14,099 bases of DNA. Origin: Candidatus Moanibacter sp. (lineage in GTDB: Bacteria > Verrucomicrobiota > Verrucomicrobiia > Opitutales > UBA2987). Made by a program: the position numbers and the translations under genes. The notes under the pieces are model-generated. The model did no database searches and was not told the origin of the DNA. It saw only the letters and a program-made list of their open reading frames with translations. The stretch lies in the NCBI GenBank assembly GCA_965215885.1, contig CBDCEW010000061.1, forward strand, positions 1 to 14,099, written 5' to 3'. Shown piece after piece: positions 1 to 8,914 of this stretch (positions are counted from its first letter, which is position 1; each line of letters opens with the position of its first letter).

Positions 1-1
1 G

Positions 2-715
2 ATGAACGAGAATTCAGAGCATCAAGAGATCGAAAAACTTCTGGAGGAGGAAGTTAATCGTCTCAACAGATCGACCCGTAACAACTGGATCGGCGGTGCC
101 ATTGTCTCCCTCTTCCTCCTCGGTTACCTCTCGTTCCTTTTCGTAATGGTGAAGACCTTCCTTGAACCGGATAACGCCGCTTTCCTCCTATCCTCTCAAG
201 TCGAGGAGACGGTTCCGGAGTTTCTCGGAGATATGGAGGCTACCCTGATCGCTCGGGCCCCGGAAGTTGCTGATAATGTCAGTAAGCAGTTTATTAGAGC
301 GATTCCCCAACTTCGTAAGATTGCCGAAGAGCAGCTCGATTTCAGCCATCAAGAAATGATTCCCCATCTCAGCTTGGAATTCCAGAATATCATAACGTCC
401 TACATCTCAGACAGCTCCGAAGTGATTAAAGAATTGGTCGTCGATACCAAAACTGAAGGATTCGCTGACGCATTTACGGAGGAATTGATGTCTTCGCTCA
501 GTAAGCGCCTCGAAGAAGCGATAATCGAACATTACGAAGGACGCGATTATAAGTATTTTAAAGAGAATTCATTGAACGCGCTTCAGGCGATGAACGAACA
601 TCTCGCCGTGCTTTTGGATCAGGATGTCGAAAGCATGGAACGGAAGGTACGTCTGCAGAGGAGAATACTTGCCGCCGTAGTGATGAGGTTTCTCGATTAC
701 AAAGAAGTAGAGTGA
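2..715 (+). CDS. Hypothetical membrane-anchored, predominantly alpha-helical protein (237 aa; start at window edge)
   Basis: Long ORF with protein-like composition; one hydrophobic segment (WIGGAIVSLFLLGYLSFLFVMV) followed by an acidic amphipathic region. No family motif recognised. Confidence 0.8.
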   Translation: MNENSEHQEIEKLLEEEVNRLNRSTRNNWIGGAIVSLFLLGYLSFLFVMVKTFLEPDNAAFLLSSQVEETVPEFLGDMEATLIARAPEVADNVSKQFIRAIPQLRKIAEEQLDFSHQEMIPHLSLEFQNIITSYISDSSEVIKELVVDTKTEGFADAFTEELMSSLSKRLEEAIIEHYEGRDYKYFKENSLNALQAMNEHLAVLLDQDVESMERKVRLQRRILAAVVMRFLDYKEVE

Positions 716-724
716 GTCCGGCTT

Positions 725-820
725 AGGAATCTGTCGGACTCAGCATTCCCAACATCTCCGGATTGCAATTTTCATAGTGGCAGATCGACATTCCGACCCA
801 GATGAGACCGACGGATTCCT
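725..820. mobile_element. 96-bp MITE-like element with 18-bp terminal inverted repeats
   Basis: AGGAATCTGTCGGACTCA (725-742) and TGAGACCGACGGATTCCT (803-820) are 16/18 reverse-complementary; no coding capacity. Confidence 0.45.
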
Positions 821-825
821 TGTGT

Positions 826-1007
826 CTAGCCCGGACATTTCACACACTTCGTAGCGAGACAGCGTAGATTGCTGCATATCAGAGCCTTTCCGCAGGGCGG
901 CGGGCGACAGCGTGTTGGAACCCTCTGAGGTCGGCGGGCAAGGGAAGGCTTTGATATGTAGTGAGATCCGCGGTCGTAGTAGAAGGTTTGTGAGATGTTC
1001 GGGCTAG
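826..1007 (+). repeat. 182-bp hairpin element (MITE-like or structured RNA) bounded by CTAG at both ends
   Basis: 826-844 pairs with 989-1007 (19 pairs) and 869-891 pairs with 942-964 (23 pairs). All 7 non-Watson-Crick positions in these two stems are G-U on the + strand. Confidence 0.8.
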
Positions 1008-1059
1008 CAGCCGGAGTAAAACCGAGTAAATCCTTCGAAAGAGGCATAAAGTCCGTCTG

Positions 1060-1803
1060 CTAGGGGCCGATGTCGACAATATAATACCCCGGTTTGAGTC
1101 CGGCGGCGAAAAAGGGTTCGGCCAGATAATTCTGCAGGGCTCGGTTTACGATCTGAGATCCTGTCGACTTTGCCATTCTGGCATGGCCCACAATTCCAAT
1201 TGAGTCCACCAAAAGGTAGAACCGGGCCGGTGACCAAAGAGGGGCCTCGATATCCCTCAGCAGCCTCTCGGGTAAGCGTTCCGCCCTTAGTAGGAATTCC
1301 TTTCCAAATCCTCGAATCTCCAAATACCCCGTCCGCTCCCCCACTCCTCTTGGGAGCGCTTCCCTTTCGCCAAAGGCATGAAAGAAATCCCAATCTACGA
1401 CCGCCAGGAATCCCCTTGGACTATCAACCGTAGATTTTTCAATCGCATCAATGCTGTTGAGAGTTTCCTCGTCGACTGACAAAATGGGAGGAAAGGGCTC
1501 AAACAGCGCCGACTGATCGTCGATTCGCAGAATATCGCCCAAATCGCCGCTGTAGTTCCAAGCTGTGGGCAGAAAAAGCGGCGCAGTGTCAAAAAGTTCG
1601 GCCTGCTCCTGAAAAAGTGCAGCCACTTCTACACCATCGCCTCCAATTACCTTGGCAAACGCGGCTGACCTCGGGATTTGAATCTCGCTCTTGGAAAAGA
1701 TCCGCAAACCGAGAAAGGCAAACAGTATCACAGCCACCCCTCCCACCGAGACCACTTTACCCAATCGAGTAGGTCCCGCAATCTCCCACATCGGCCGTTC
1801 CAT
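1060..1803 (-). CDS. Single-pass membrane protein with TonB/TolA C-terminal-like segment
   Basis: Last gene of the exbBD operon (8-bp gap after exbD); N-terminal TM helix; ARFYLLVDSIGIVGHARMAKSTGSQIVNRAL resembles the TonB_C pattern (VDxxGxV...SSG...LDxAA). Confidence 0.6.
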   Translation of the reverse strand: MERPMWEIAGPTRLGKVVSVGGVAVILFAFLGLRIFSKSEIQIPRSAAFAKVIGGDGVEVAALFQEQAELFDTAPLFLPTAWNYSGDLGDILRIDDQSALFEPFPPILSVDEETLNSIDAIEKSTVDSPRGFLAVVDWDFFHAFGEREALPRGVGERTGYLEIRGFGKEFLLRAERLPERLLRDIEAPLWSPARFYLLVDSIGIVGHARMAKSTGSQIVNRALQNYLAEPFFAAGLKPGYYIVDIGP

Positions 1804-1811
1804 TTAAGCTA

Positions 1812-2285
1812 CTAGCCCCCTCCTTTAGAGAGTTGAAAATCTCTGCTCTCCATTTTCTCTTCCGCCGCGATCTGAACTTGTGCGAATCCTGACCGCCGTG
1901 CCAGATCCAGAATACGCAAAAGGGAATCCACTCTCACGGTCTTGTCGAGTTTGATTAAAATTACCGAATTTTCCTTTTTCCGCATTTCAAAATACTTCGA
2001 AAATTCTCTCTCAAGCGCCCTCGGTCGTACAATATTCCCTTCAAACAGCACCATATCATTCTCGCGCACGGTCAATACCGTCACCACCGCACTCGTCGGG
2101 ATTCCGCTCAACACTTCCTTATCGACGTCTGGGATATCAAGAGTGATTCCCGGGGAAGCGATAAAACGCGAACTTTGAAAGGCGAGAAACAATCCAATCA
2201 AACAGAGATCGAGAAGAGGCACCGTATCAAATCGCAGATCAGGCTCCGTCAAGTAGCGCTTCAACTCCAAGGGACTCGTGATCAT
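1812..2285 (-). CDS. exbD: ExbD/TolR family biopolymer transport protein
   Basis: TM motif TVPLLDLCLIGLF with the conserved Asp; C-terminal ILIKLDKTV...ILDLARRSGFAQVQIA; ATGA overlap with the exbB stop. Confidence 0.9.
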   Translation of the reverse strand: MITSPLELKRYLTEPDLRFDTVPLLDLCLIGLFLAFQSSRFIASPGITLDIPDVDKEVLSGIPTSAVVTVLTVRENDMVLFEGNIVRPRALEREFSKYFEMRKKENSVILIKLDKTVRVDSLLRILDLARRSGFAQVQIAAEEKMESRDFQLSKGGG

Positions 2286-2932
2286 AGCTCTTCTTCTCTC
2301 TCCTCTTCCGGGAGATTATGAAGCAAATACTGCATAATATCGTTACCCACCCATTCCATGTCATGAACAAGCGCTCGCACCCTCCCGTAAAGGAAATGAT
2401 GGGCAATATGCGCTATAACCGCAATCGCCAGACCCGTCGCGGTTGTGATTAACGCCTCCCTAAATCCTTCAACGAGAATTTCGAAGTGAGCGTAGACTGC
2501 CTCTTCCCCAAGGTAGGAATGAAACGCCTGAAGCATTCCTAATACCGTGCCCAATAAACCGATGAGGGGCGAAATCCGAGCGATCGCAGCAATCGTACCC
2601 ACCCGTCGCTCGAGCAAAGGTATTTGTGCAAGCGCGGCCGCTTGAACGGCGCCTCGCATTCGACTTTCGTCCTGATCATATTGCAACAAGGCGGCTTTGA
2701 TCATATTCGCCACCGGAACCGGTGTTTCTTCACAGACCGTCAACGCCTCAATTAACCGCCTTTTCCGGAGCAAGTTCTTAATACCCTCAACAAAATCACC
2801 TGTGCGAATCTGTCCCTTGTGCAGGTAAAGCGTCCTCTCGATAAAGAGAACAAAAGCGATTATACACAAGGCGAGAAGGGGCCACATAATAATGCCCCCT
2901 TGATCGATTGGCGTAGATTCCAGGATGCGCAT
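2282..2932 (-). CDS. exbB: MotA/TolQ/ExbB proton channel family protein
   Basis: QGGIIMWPLL N-terminus; SPLIGLLGTVLGM and EALITTATGLAIA helices. ATG at 2932 chosen because it lies 4 bp after the TPR gene stop. Confidence 0.93.
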   Translation of the reverse strand: MRILESTPIDQGGIIMWPLLALCIIAFVLFIERTLYLHKGQIRTGDFVEGIKNLLRKRRLIEALTVCEETPVPVANMIKAALLQYDQDESRMRGAVQAAALAQIPLLERRVGTIAAIARISPLIGLLGTVLGMLQAFHSYLGEEAVYAHFEILVEGFREALITTATGLAIAVIAHIAHHFLYGRVRALVHDMEWVGNDIMQYLLHNLPEEEREEEL

Positions 2933-2936
2933 CCTC

Positions 2937-5567
2937 TCACTTTTGTCTACCGGAGAATCTCTCTGTATTGGCAACTGCAGTCGCTCTTCCCGGAAGTCCG
3001 TATTGAGAGATCAAAGCGTATACACCCCGTGCATCTTCATACCGAACCTCCCCTTCCAACAGCTCTCCGAGTTCAAAGACGGCCCTGGCAACCCAATACC
3101 GTCCTCGAGCCCCTAACATATCAGCCGTTTCGGGATCCTTCAGCAACCGATTTATCATCAACCAATACACTTCCTCCGCGCGCAGATCATGGCCACTTTT
3201 CGCTAACGAAAAGCCCCACTTCAGTCCCGCTTCCGCGCGCAGATCGATAGGAACGTTGGGTAAGTCAAACAACCGCTCCAGAATTGCCTCGGCATCCCCC
3301 AGTCGAGTGGTGTTGATGCTCGACTGTGCGAGGAAACAATCGGCCAGGCTGATCTCTGCTCGGAATCGTTCCGGGTGTTCGGGATATTGAGAGATGAGAT
3401 CTTCGTAAACACTCTGAGCCGAGGCAAAATCATCGAGTTCACGCGAAAGGTCGCCCTGTTTCAGCCGCGCATAAAATACAAACTCGTGATTGGGGTACTT
3501 CTTCACCAGGTCCTGCAGTATCTTTCCCGCTTCGCGCTTTGTGTTGCGCTTCTTCGCGATCTCCGCCGCCTCCCATAGAGCAATTACCGCATACTTACTC
3601 TCGGGGAAATCGTCAGCCAGAGCGATCAGTCGTTGCTGTGCGGCGGCAAATTTGCTGATCGAAGTCAGGTATCCCGCTTCCATTAGGTAAGACAGCTTAG
3701 TCGATTCCGCCGTTGGGTAGCTAATGCTCAGTTCCTCAAATATCTTAAGGCCTTGCTCTTCCCGCCCCACTGCGAAAAGTGCCTGACCGTGCAGCAATAG
3801 GGTATGACTGATAATCTCTTCCCTTTGCTGTGGCCCAATTGCCCGAATTGGTACTTTCGCTAACTCCGTCAGTATTCGAGCGATCATTGCCGGCGTCTCT
3901 TCGGGTCGGTCTGCTTCGATCGAAAGCTGAGCTTCAAGCCACATCAGTCTCAAACGCAACTCGGGCGCCACCTCTCCAGTCTCGGTCCTTATCAAAAGCT
4001 CCCGCACACGGGCAAAAGCCCTTTCGATGAGGCTCTCCCCTTTCATTTTACTGATCAGATTCCATTCCGCCCTCCACACTTCTGTCGAATCGAATCCGCC
4101 ACTCTCAGCCGCATCATCGAGGTGTCCAATAGCCGCCTCCAGATTCCCTGCACCGATCTCCGACATTACCTGTTGAAACAACAGCGAGCCGCGCACGGCT
4201 TCATTTCCCTTTTCACGAAATGCCGCACCGTAGGCATCGGCGGCGTTTTCATAGTCGCCATTGCGATAATAGCTGTCTGCCACCAGGATCGATAGTCTCG
4301 ATTTCTCGGGACCGTCGGGTAAATTTGATCTGAGCCGATTCAGATAGTCTGCCGCCATGCGATACTGGGGTGGCTCACGCATCCAGGAGATGTAAGCGAG
4401 TAATCTGATTGCGTCGTTCGTATGCCGGGAACCAGGGAAGTTCTCAAGAATTTGATTGGCATCGGCCTGTGCCGCCATCAGTTGCCCGTTATTGGAAGAG
4501 AGTTGGGCTCGAAAATAGTAGAGTTGATCAATCAGGGAATGAGCTGTTGGGCGTTCCACGAGGTCATCGAGTAACTTTCCAATTTCCTCATTTTGAATCC
4601 CATCCTGACCTGTATCGGCCAGAATTTGCAGGCCGATCTTTTGCAGTTTTCGGTTTCCGTCCTTACTCAGCAGTTCTCGAAATGCTTCCTTTCCTCGAGC
4701 GGTATCCCTTCCCGCAACGAGCCCGAGTAGCAAAAGAAACTCATCCTCCAAATCACCTTCATGCACCGACTCGTACCTCAGCTGATCCTCAATCACTGTG
4801 ATGGCCTCAAATTCTCTGCCCAACTCATGTAACACCACTGCCAGCACTTTCGCACTTTGAAAACCCTCGTATAGTCCGGGAGAGGCTTCTACTTTAGCTC
4901 GAAGGTCGGTTACCAGGTTTTCATCCAGCTGCCCGGGTCGTAGAAAAAGCAATCTGTTCCTGAATAGGATCGTTTCAAAAAGGGTACTTTGAGCCTCCGA
5001 ACCGCTGGCATCGCGAGCCCTCTCATAAAAGCTCTCTGCCCCGATAGGATCCTGCCTCTCCTCCCTAATCAGGCCGGATAGGAGAAAGTACCACCCCCTC
5101 TCCTCGGACGGAAGCTTCTCTACCCTCAGCATGTCCAGTAGATCGGTCGTCCTGTCCAGATTTCCCTTCTCATATTCCAGGATCGCCAACCGTAAACGAT
5201 AGGAGGGTTCAGTCACCTGTTTATACTTATCCAGCCATTTGGAGGCCTCTTCATTGCGACCCTCATTGATGAGCGCGGAAACCATACACAGGATGATATC
5301 ATCGCGTTCCTTTCCGGAAAAGTCGCCGGATTCCAGCGCTTCACCATAGAGCCGAGCCGCTATCGAAGAGAATCCGGACGTTAGTGCGGAATGAGCCGCA
5401 TCCAAACGCCATAGTCTTCCGGCTAGCTCTTCCCCTTCAATTGGCTCTTCACCTGCTAAAAGGGGCACCGAGTCAACTTCTCCATGAAGAGAGCACCCTA
5501 TCCACAGAGCGGTTGCGATGACTCCCCGCTTTGCCTTATCCAAAAAATGAACAGTCCTACTCGCCAT
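2937..5567 (-). CDS. Large tetratricopeptide repeat protein (BamD/CpoB-like TPR units), probably exported
   Basis: 876-aa ORF with recurring TPR hairpin ends (ILENFPGS, LSISYPTA, LADDFPES, LVKKYPNH, LISQYPEH); basic then hydrophobic N-terminus; tightly coupled to exbB. Confidence 0.88.
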   Translation of the reverse strand: MASRTVHFLDKAKRGVIATALWIGCSLHGEVDSVPLLAGEEPIEGEELAGRLWRLDAAHSALTSGFSSIAARLYGEALESGDFSGKERDDIILCMVSALINEGRNEEASKWLDKYKQVTEPSYRLRLAILEYEKGNLDRTTDLLDMLRVEKLPSEERGWYFLLSGLIREERQDPIGAESFYERARDASGSEAQSTLFETILFRNRLLFLRPGQLDENLVTDLRAKVEASPGLYEGFQSAKVLAVVLHELGREFEAITVIEDQLRYESVHEGDLEDEFLLLLGLVAGRDTARGKEAFRELLSKDGNRKLQKIGLQILADTGQDGIQNEEIGKLLDDLVERPTAHSLIDQLYYFRAQLSSNNGQLMAAQADANQILENFPGSRHTNDAIRLLAYISWMREPPQYRMAADYLNRLRSNLPDGPEKSRLSILVADSYYRNGDYENAADAYGAAFREKGNEAVRGSLLFQQVMSEIGAGNLEAAIGHLDDAAESGGFDSTEVWRAEWNLISKMKGESLIERAFARVRELLIRTETGEVAPELRLRLMWLEAQLSIEADRPEETPAMIARILTELAKVPIRAIGPQQREEIISHTLLLHGQALFAVGREEQGLKIFEELSISYPTAESTKLSYLMEAGYLTSISKFAAAQQRLIALADDFPESKYAVIALWEAAEIAKKRNTKREAGKILQDLVKKYPNHEFVFYARLKQGDLSRELDDFASAQSVYEDLISQYPEHPERFRAEISLADCFLAQSSINTTRLGDAEAILERLFDLPNVPIDLRAEAGLKWGFSLAKSGHDLRAEEVYWLMINRLLKDPETADMLGARGRYWVARAVFELGELLEGEVRYEDARGVYALISQYGLPGRATAVANTERFSGRQK

Positions 5568-5660
5568 TGCTTCAATTCTGTTTCATTTCACTTCTTTTTC
5601 AAAGTTTTTCTCAGAAAACTCTTGATGCCCCCACCGTGCCTATCTCACTTTCGATTGTCC

Positions 5661-6785
5661 ATGCAACTATTCGTTCCCAAAGAGACAGTGCCCGGTGAGT
5701 CGCGTGTGGCCCTCGTGCCGGATGACGCCGCCAGTCTTGTTGCACTCGGTATCGCCGTTTTCGTCGAATCGGGTCTTGGAGCAGAGAGCGATTATCCGGA
5801 TGAAGAGTTCCAACGGGCAGGCGCAAATGTCGTACCTGACAGGATCGCTTCCCTCCAATCCTCCGATATCGTCCTGCGCGTCCTGAAACCCGATCGGGGT
5901 GAAGTAGACATCATGAAATATGGCGCCCTCCACATCAGTTTCCTCGATCCTTTCAATGAGGCAGAACTTATCGATCGCTTCAAAGGAGCCGGCGCAAGCG
6001 TTATCAGTATGGAAATGATGCCACGCTCTTCCATCGCACAGAAAATGGATTCTCTCAGTTCGCAGGCAAATCTGGCCGGGTATTACTCCGTCATCAAGGC
6101 CGCCCAAAGCATGAAGAAGGTCATTCCCATGATGATGACTCCAGCCGGCACAATTTCCCCCTCGCGTTTCTTTATTGTCGGTGTCGGCGTGGCCGGTCTT
6201 CAGGCGATTGCTACGGCAAAGCGTTTGGGAGCGCGTGTCGAAGCATTCGATACCAGGCCCGAAGTAGAGGAACAGGTAAAATCACTAGGTGCAAAATTCA
6301 TCAGGATCGAACTCGGCGAGACGGGGCGGACGAAACAGGGATATGCCAGGGAGCTCACTCCGGAGCAGTTGGATAAACAGCGCACCGAAATTTCCCGAAT
6401 CTGCGCTTATAGTGATGTAGTCATTACAACCGCTAAACTATTTGGCAAAAAAGCGCCTCGCATCATCAATCGAGAGATCCTCGCGCAAATGCAACTTGGC
6501 AGTATCGTTGTCGATCTCGCCGTCGAATCGGGGGGTAATGTGGAAGGCTCCAGAATCGACGAGGAAGTCGTCACCGAAAATGGCGTGCACATCTTCGGAA
6601 TGGCGAGTCTTGAAAGTGAGGTCTCCCACCACGCCAGCCAGGTCTACTCATCAAACCTTACCAGTCTCATCCAACATTTCTGGAGCGAAAAAGAGAGGGT
6701 TTTTCGTTTCGACCTCGACGACGAAATCCTCAAGTCTTGCCTCCTCACCCACCAAGGAGAAATCATCCACCCAACTTTCCAATAA
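5661..6785 (+). CDS. pntAA: NAD(P) transhydrogenase subunit alpha part 1 (dI, NAD(H)-binding)
   Basis: MQLFVPKETVPGESRVALVP start; R-x4-Q-x2-D loop (PRSSIAQKMDSLSSQANLAGY); GVGVAGLQAIATAKRLGA; DLAVESGGNVE. Confidence 0.96.
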   Translation: MQLFVPKETVPGESRVALVPDDAASLVALGIAVFVESGLGAESDYPDEEFQRAGANVVPDRIASLQSSDIVLRVLKPDRGEVDIMKYGALHISFLDPFNEAELIDRFKGAGASVISMEMMPRSSIAQKMDSLSSQANLAGYYSVIKAAQSMKKVIPMMMTPAGTISPSRFFIVGVGVAGLQAIATAKRLGARVEAFDTRPEVEEQVKSLGAKFIRIELGETGRTKQGYARELTPEQLDKQRTEISRICAYSDVVITTAKLFGKKAPRIINREILAQMQLGSIVVDLAVESGGNVEGSRIDEEVVTENGVHIFGMASLESEVSHHASQVYSSNLTSLIQHFWSEKERVFRFDLDDEILKSCLLTHQGEIIHPTFQ

Positions 6786-6820
6786 CTTTTGCCCTTTCTC
6801 TTTTTATCTGCACTCCCTTT

Positions 6821-6876
6821 GACCTCTGACCTTCGACCTCTGACCTTCGACCTTCGACCTCTGACCTCTGAACTCT
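6821..6876. repeat. Heptamer tandem repeat, 8 units (GACCTCT/GACCTTC, last unit GAACTCT)
   Basis: Read directly; ends 4 bp before the pntAB ATG. Confidence 0.92.
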
Positions 6877-6880
6877 CCCC

Positions 6881-7171
6881 ATGGAACTCGTTCTCTTGTT
6901 CTTTATCTTCACACTCTCCGCCTTCCTCGGGTTGGAGCTCATCTCCAAAGTCCCCTCCCAGTTACACACCCCCCTCATGTCCGGCTCTAATGCCATATCC
7001 GGCATCACGATAGTCGGCGCACTCATTGCCGCCGGGACCAATCCCGAGGGAAGCATTCCCACGATAATTGGTGTCGTCGCCGTGGCCTTCGCCACCATCA
7101 ACGTCGTGGGCGGTTATCTCGTCACCGATCGTATGCTTGCCTTTTTCCGAAAGAAGAAATCGGAAGAGTGA
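6881..7171 (+). CDS. pntAB: NAD(P) transhydrogenase subunit alpha part 2 (membrane)
   Basis: KVPSQLHTPLMSGSNAISGITIVGA and ATINVVGGYLVTDRML motifs. Confidence 0.96.
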   Translation: MELVLLFFIFTLSAFLGLELISKVPSQLHTPLMSGSNAISGITIVGALIAAGTNPEGSIPTIIGVVAVAFATINVVGGYLVTDRMLAFFRKKKSEE

Positions 7172-7172
7172 G

Positions 7173-8576
7173 ATGGTTCATTCGCTCACAAACGTCGCCT
7201 ATATCGCGGCGGCCGTTCTCTTTATTCTGGGCATCAAGATGCTCGGCTCAGCCGACACTGCGCGGCGAGGCAACCTTCTCTCCTCTGTGGGTATGCTCAT
7301 CGCCGTCATCGCCACCCTCGCGGGCCAGAATATCCTCGCCTTCAAATGGATTATACTGGGGCTTGCAATCGGCGGCGCGATCGGGGCGCTGACCGCCAAA
7401 GTCGTCAAGATGACGGGGATGCCCGAGATGGTTGCGCTATTTAACGGTTTCGGCGGTCTTGCCAGCCTCCTCGTGGGTTGGGCCGAATATGAAAAAATCA
7501 GGGATATCTCGTGGCTAAACTATGGTGGACACCCCTATTTCACTGCCACTACCATCATTCTCGCGGTCCTCGTCGGGGGCGTTACTTTCACCGGAAGTCT
7601 CCTCGCTTACGGTAAACTCTCCGGAAACGTCAGTAGCCGGGCAATCGTCTTTCCCGCCCAGAGGATGTTAAACGGGCTTGTTTTTTTCGCACTCATTCTG
7701 GGAGCGCTCGCCTTTGTCTTGCTCCCTCATCACGGTTACGCTTACGACATTTTTCTCATCTCCGCATTCGCCGCCCTCACCCTCGGTATCCTCGGGGTTC
7801 TGCCTATCGGTGGCGGCGACATGCCTGTCGTTATCTCGCTCTTGAACAGTTTCTCCGGCCTGGCCGCTTCCGCCGCCGGTTTCGTTATTCTGAATAACGT
7901 CCTCATTGTGGCCGGATGCCTCGTCGGCGCCAGTGGCTTTGTCCTTACCACGATCATGTGTAAGGCGATGAACAGGAGTTTGGGCAACGTCCTCTTCAGC
8001 GGTTTCGGCGCCGCCGTAGAATCTGCCGGGGGAGCACAGGAGGGCGATATGAAGCCGATACCGGTGGCCGATGCCTACTACGTCCTGGAAGCGGCGCGCA
8101 CCGTTGTTATTATTCCCGGCTACGGCATGGCGGTCGCGCAGGCACAACACGCCGTAAGAGAAATGGCGAACCTCCTGCAAGAGAACGGCACTGAAGTTCG
8201 CTACGCTATTCATCCGGTCGCCGGTCGGATGCCGGGCCACATGAATGTCCTTCTCGCCGAAGCCGACGTCCCCTATGAGCAACTCGCCGAAATGGAGGAT
8301 GTCAATCCCACCATCGCCGCGGTCGACGTCGCCATTGTCATCGGCGCAAACGATGTCGTAAACCCCGCCGCTATTGATGACCCCTCCAGCCCGATCTACG
8401 GAATGCCGATCATTAATGCACATGAAGCGAGAACCGTCTTTGCCCTCAAAAGGGGTCAGGGCGCCGGCTTTTCAGGCCTCGCAAATGACCTCTTTTTCCG
8501 CGAGAACACCCGAATGCTCTACGGCGACGCCAAAGCCACCGTCAACGCCCTCGTCAGCGAATTTAAATCCGCCTAG
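7173..8576 (+). CDS. pntB: NAD(P) transhydrogenase subunit beta
   Basis: MTGMPEMVALFNGFGG, IGGGDMPVVISLLNS, PGYGMAVAQAQH, IHPVAGRMPGHMNVLLAEA, IGANDVVNPAA; ATG 1 bp after the pntAB stop. Confidence 0.97.
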   Translation: MVHSLTNVAYIAAAVLFILGIKMLGSADTARRGNLLSSVGMLIAVIATLAGQNILAFKWIILGLAIGGAIGALTAKVVKMTGMPEMVALFNGFGGLASLLVGWAEYEKIRDISWLNYGGHPYFTATTIILAVLVGGVTFTGSLLAYGKLSGNVSSRAIVFPAQRMLNGLVFFALILGALAFVLLPHHGYAYDIFLISAFAALTLGILGVLPIGGGDMPVVISLLNSFSGLAASAAGFVILNNVLIVAGCLVGASGFVLTTIMCKAMNRSLGNVLFSGFGAAVESAGGAQEGDMKPIPVADAYYVLEAARTVVIIPGYGMAVAQAQHAVREMANLLQENGTEVRYAIHPVAGRMPGHMNVLLAEADVPYEQLAEMEDVNPTIAAVDVAIVIGANDVVNPAAIDDPSSPIYGMPIINAHEARTVFALKRGQGAGFSGLANDLFFRENTRMLYGDAKATVNALVSEFKSA

Positions 8577-8769
8577 AAATCTGACGGAAATCGACACTTA
8601 TCCCGTAGCTTTGTACGATTTTCGTAGAAAGCAGCGAATAAGAGAAGAAGAGTAGCCCATCCCAGCGTGCCGGGACTTCGCAGTACCACGGATGGGAGAT
8701 GTTGCAGAGAGTGAAAGAAGGGTAACAAATAGGAAAATTTCAAGATCCTACAGAATGCGAACCTTGTCC

Positions 8770-8838
8770 CGAACCTTGTCGATGGCGTTTACGGCAATGG
8801 CACTCTGTCATTGCGAGGAAGAATGACGAAGCAATCCA
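8770..8838 (+). repeat. Dispersed repeat module A, copy 1 (GTCATTGCGAG...GAAGCAATCC REP/RPE-like)
   Basis: 8787-8838 is identical over 52 bp to 12686-12737; CGAACCTTGTCGATGG is shared upstream. Confidence 0.9.
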
Positions 8839-8914
8839 GACAACCGGGCTGAATTCGCCGAGCAGAAGGAGGCTTTCTTCAATATTCGTCCGGACGATCG
8901 GACGAATTTCTCCC

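Noticed and set aside
826..1007. SRP RNA or tRNA
   Set aside because: No SRP domain IV motif and no cloverleaf or T-loop.
5484..5660. N-terminal extension of PntAA
   Set aside because: Overlaps the divergent TPR gene; family similarity starts at ATG 5661.
7068..7172. N-terminal extension of PntB
   Set aside because: Overlaps pntAB; ATG 7173 is the natural start.
7668..8423. Long antisense ORFs (also 9441-10031, 11574-12215 and others)
   Set aside because: Shadows of well-supported genes in GC-rich coding DNA, with no motifs.
5661..8576. Split alpha subunit and Asn in VALFNGFGG as novelties
   Set aside because: Both are known in Rhodospirillum rubrum/Thermus-type transhydrogenases.
8884..8907. 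Intrinsic terminator (ATTCGTCCGG-ACGA-TCGGACGAAT)
   Set aside because: The hairpin is real but lies about 300 bp from either gene and lacks a convincing U-tract.
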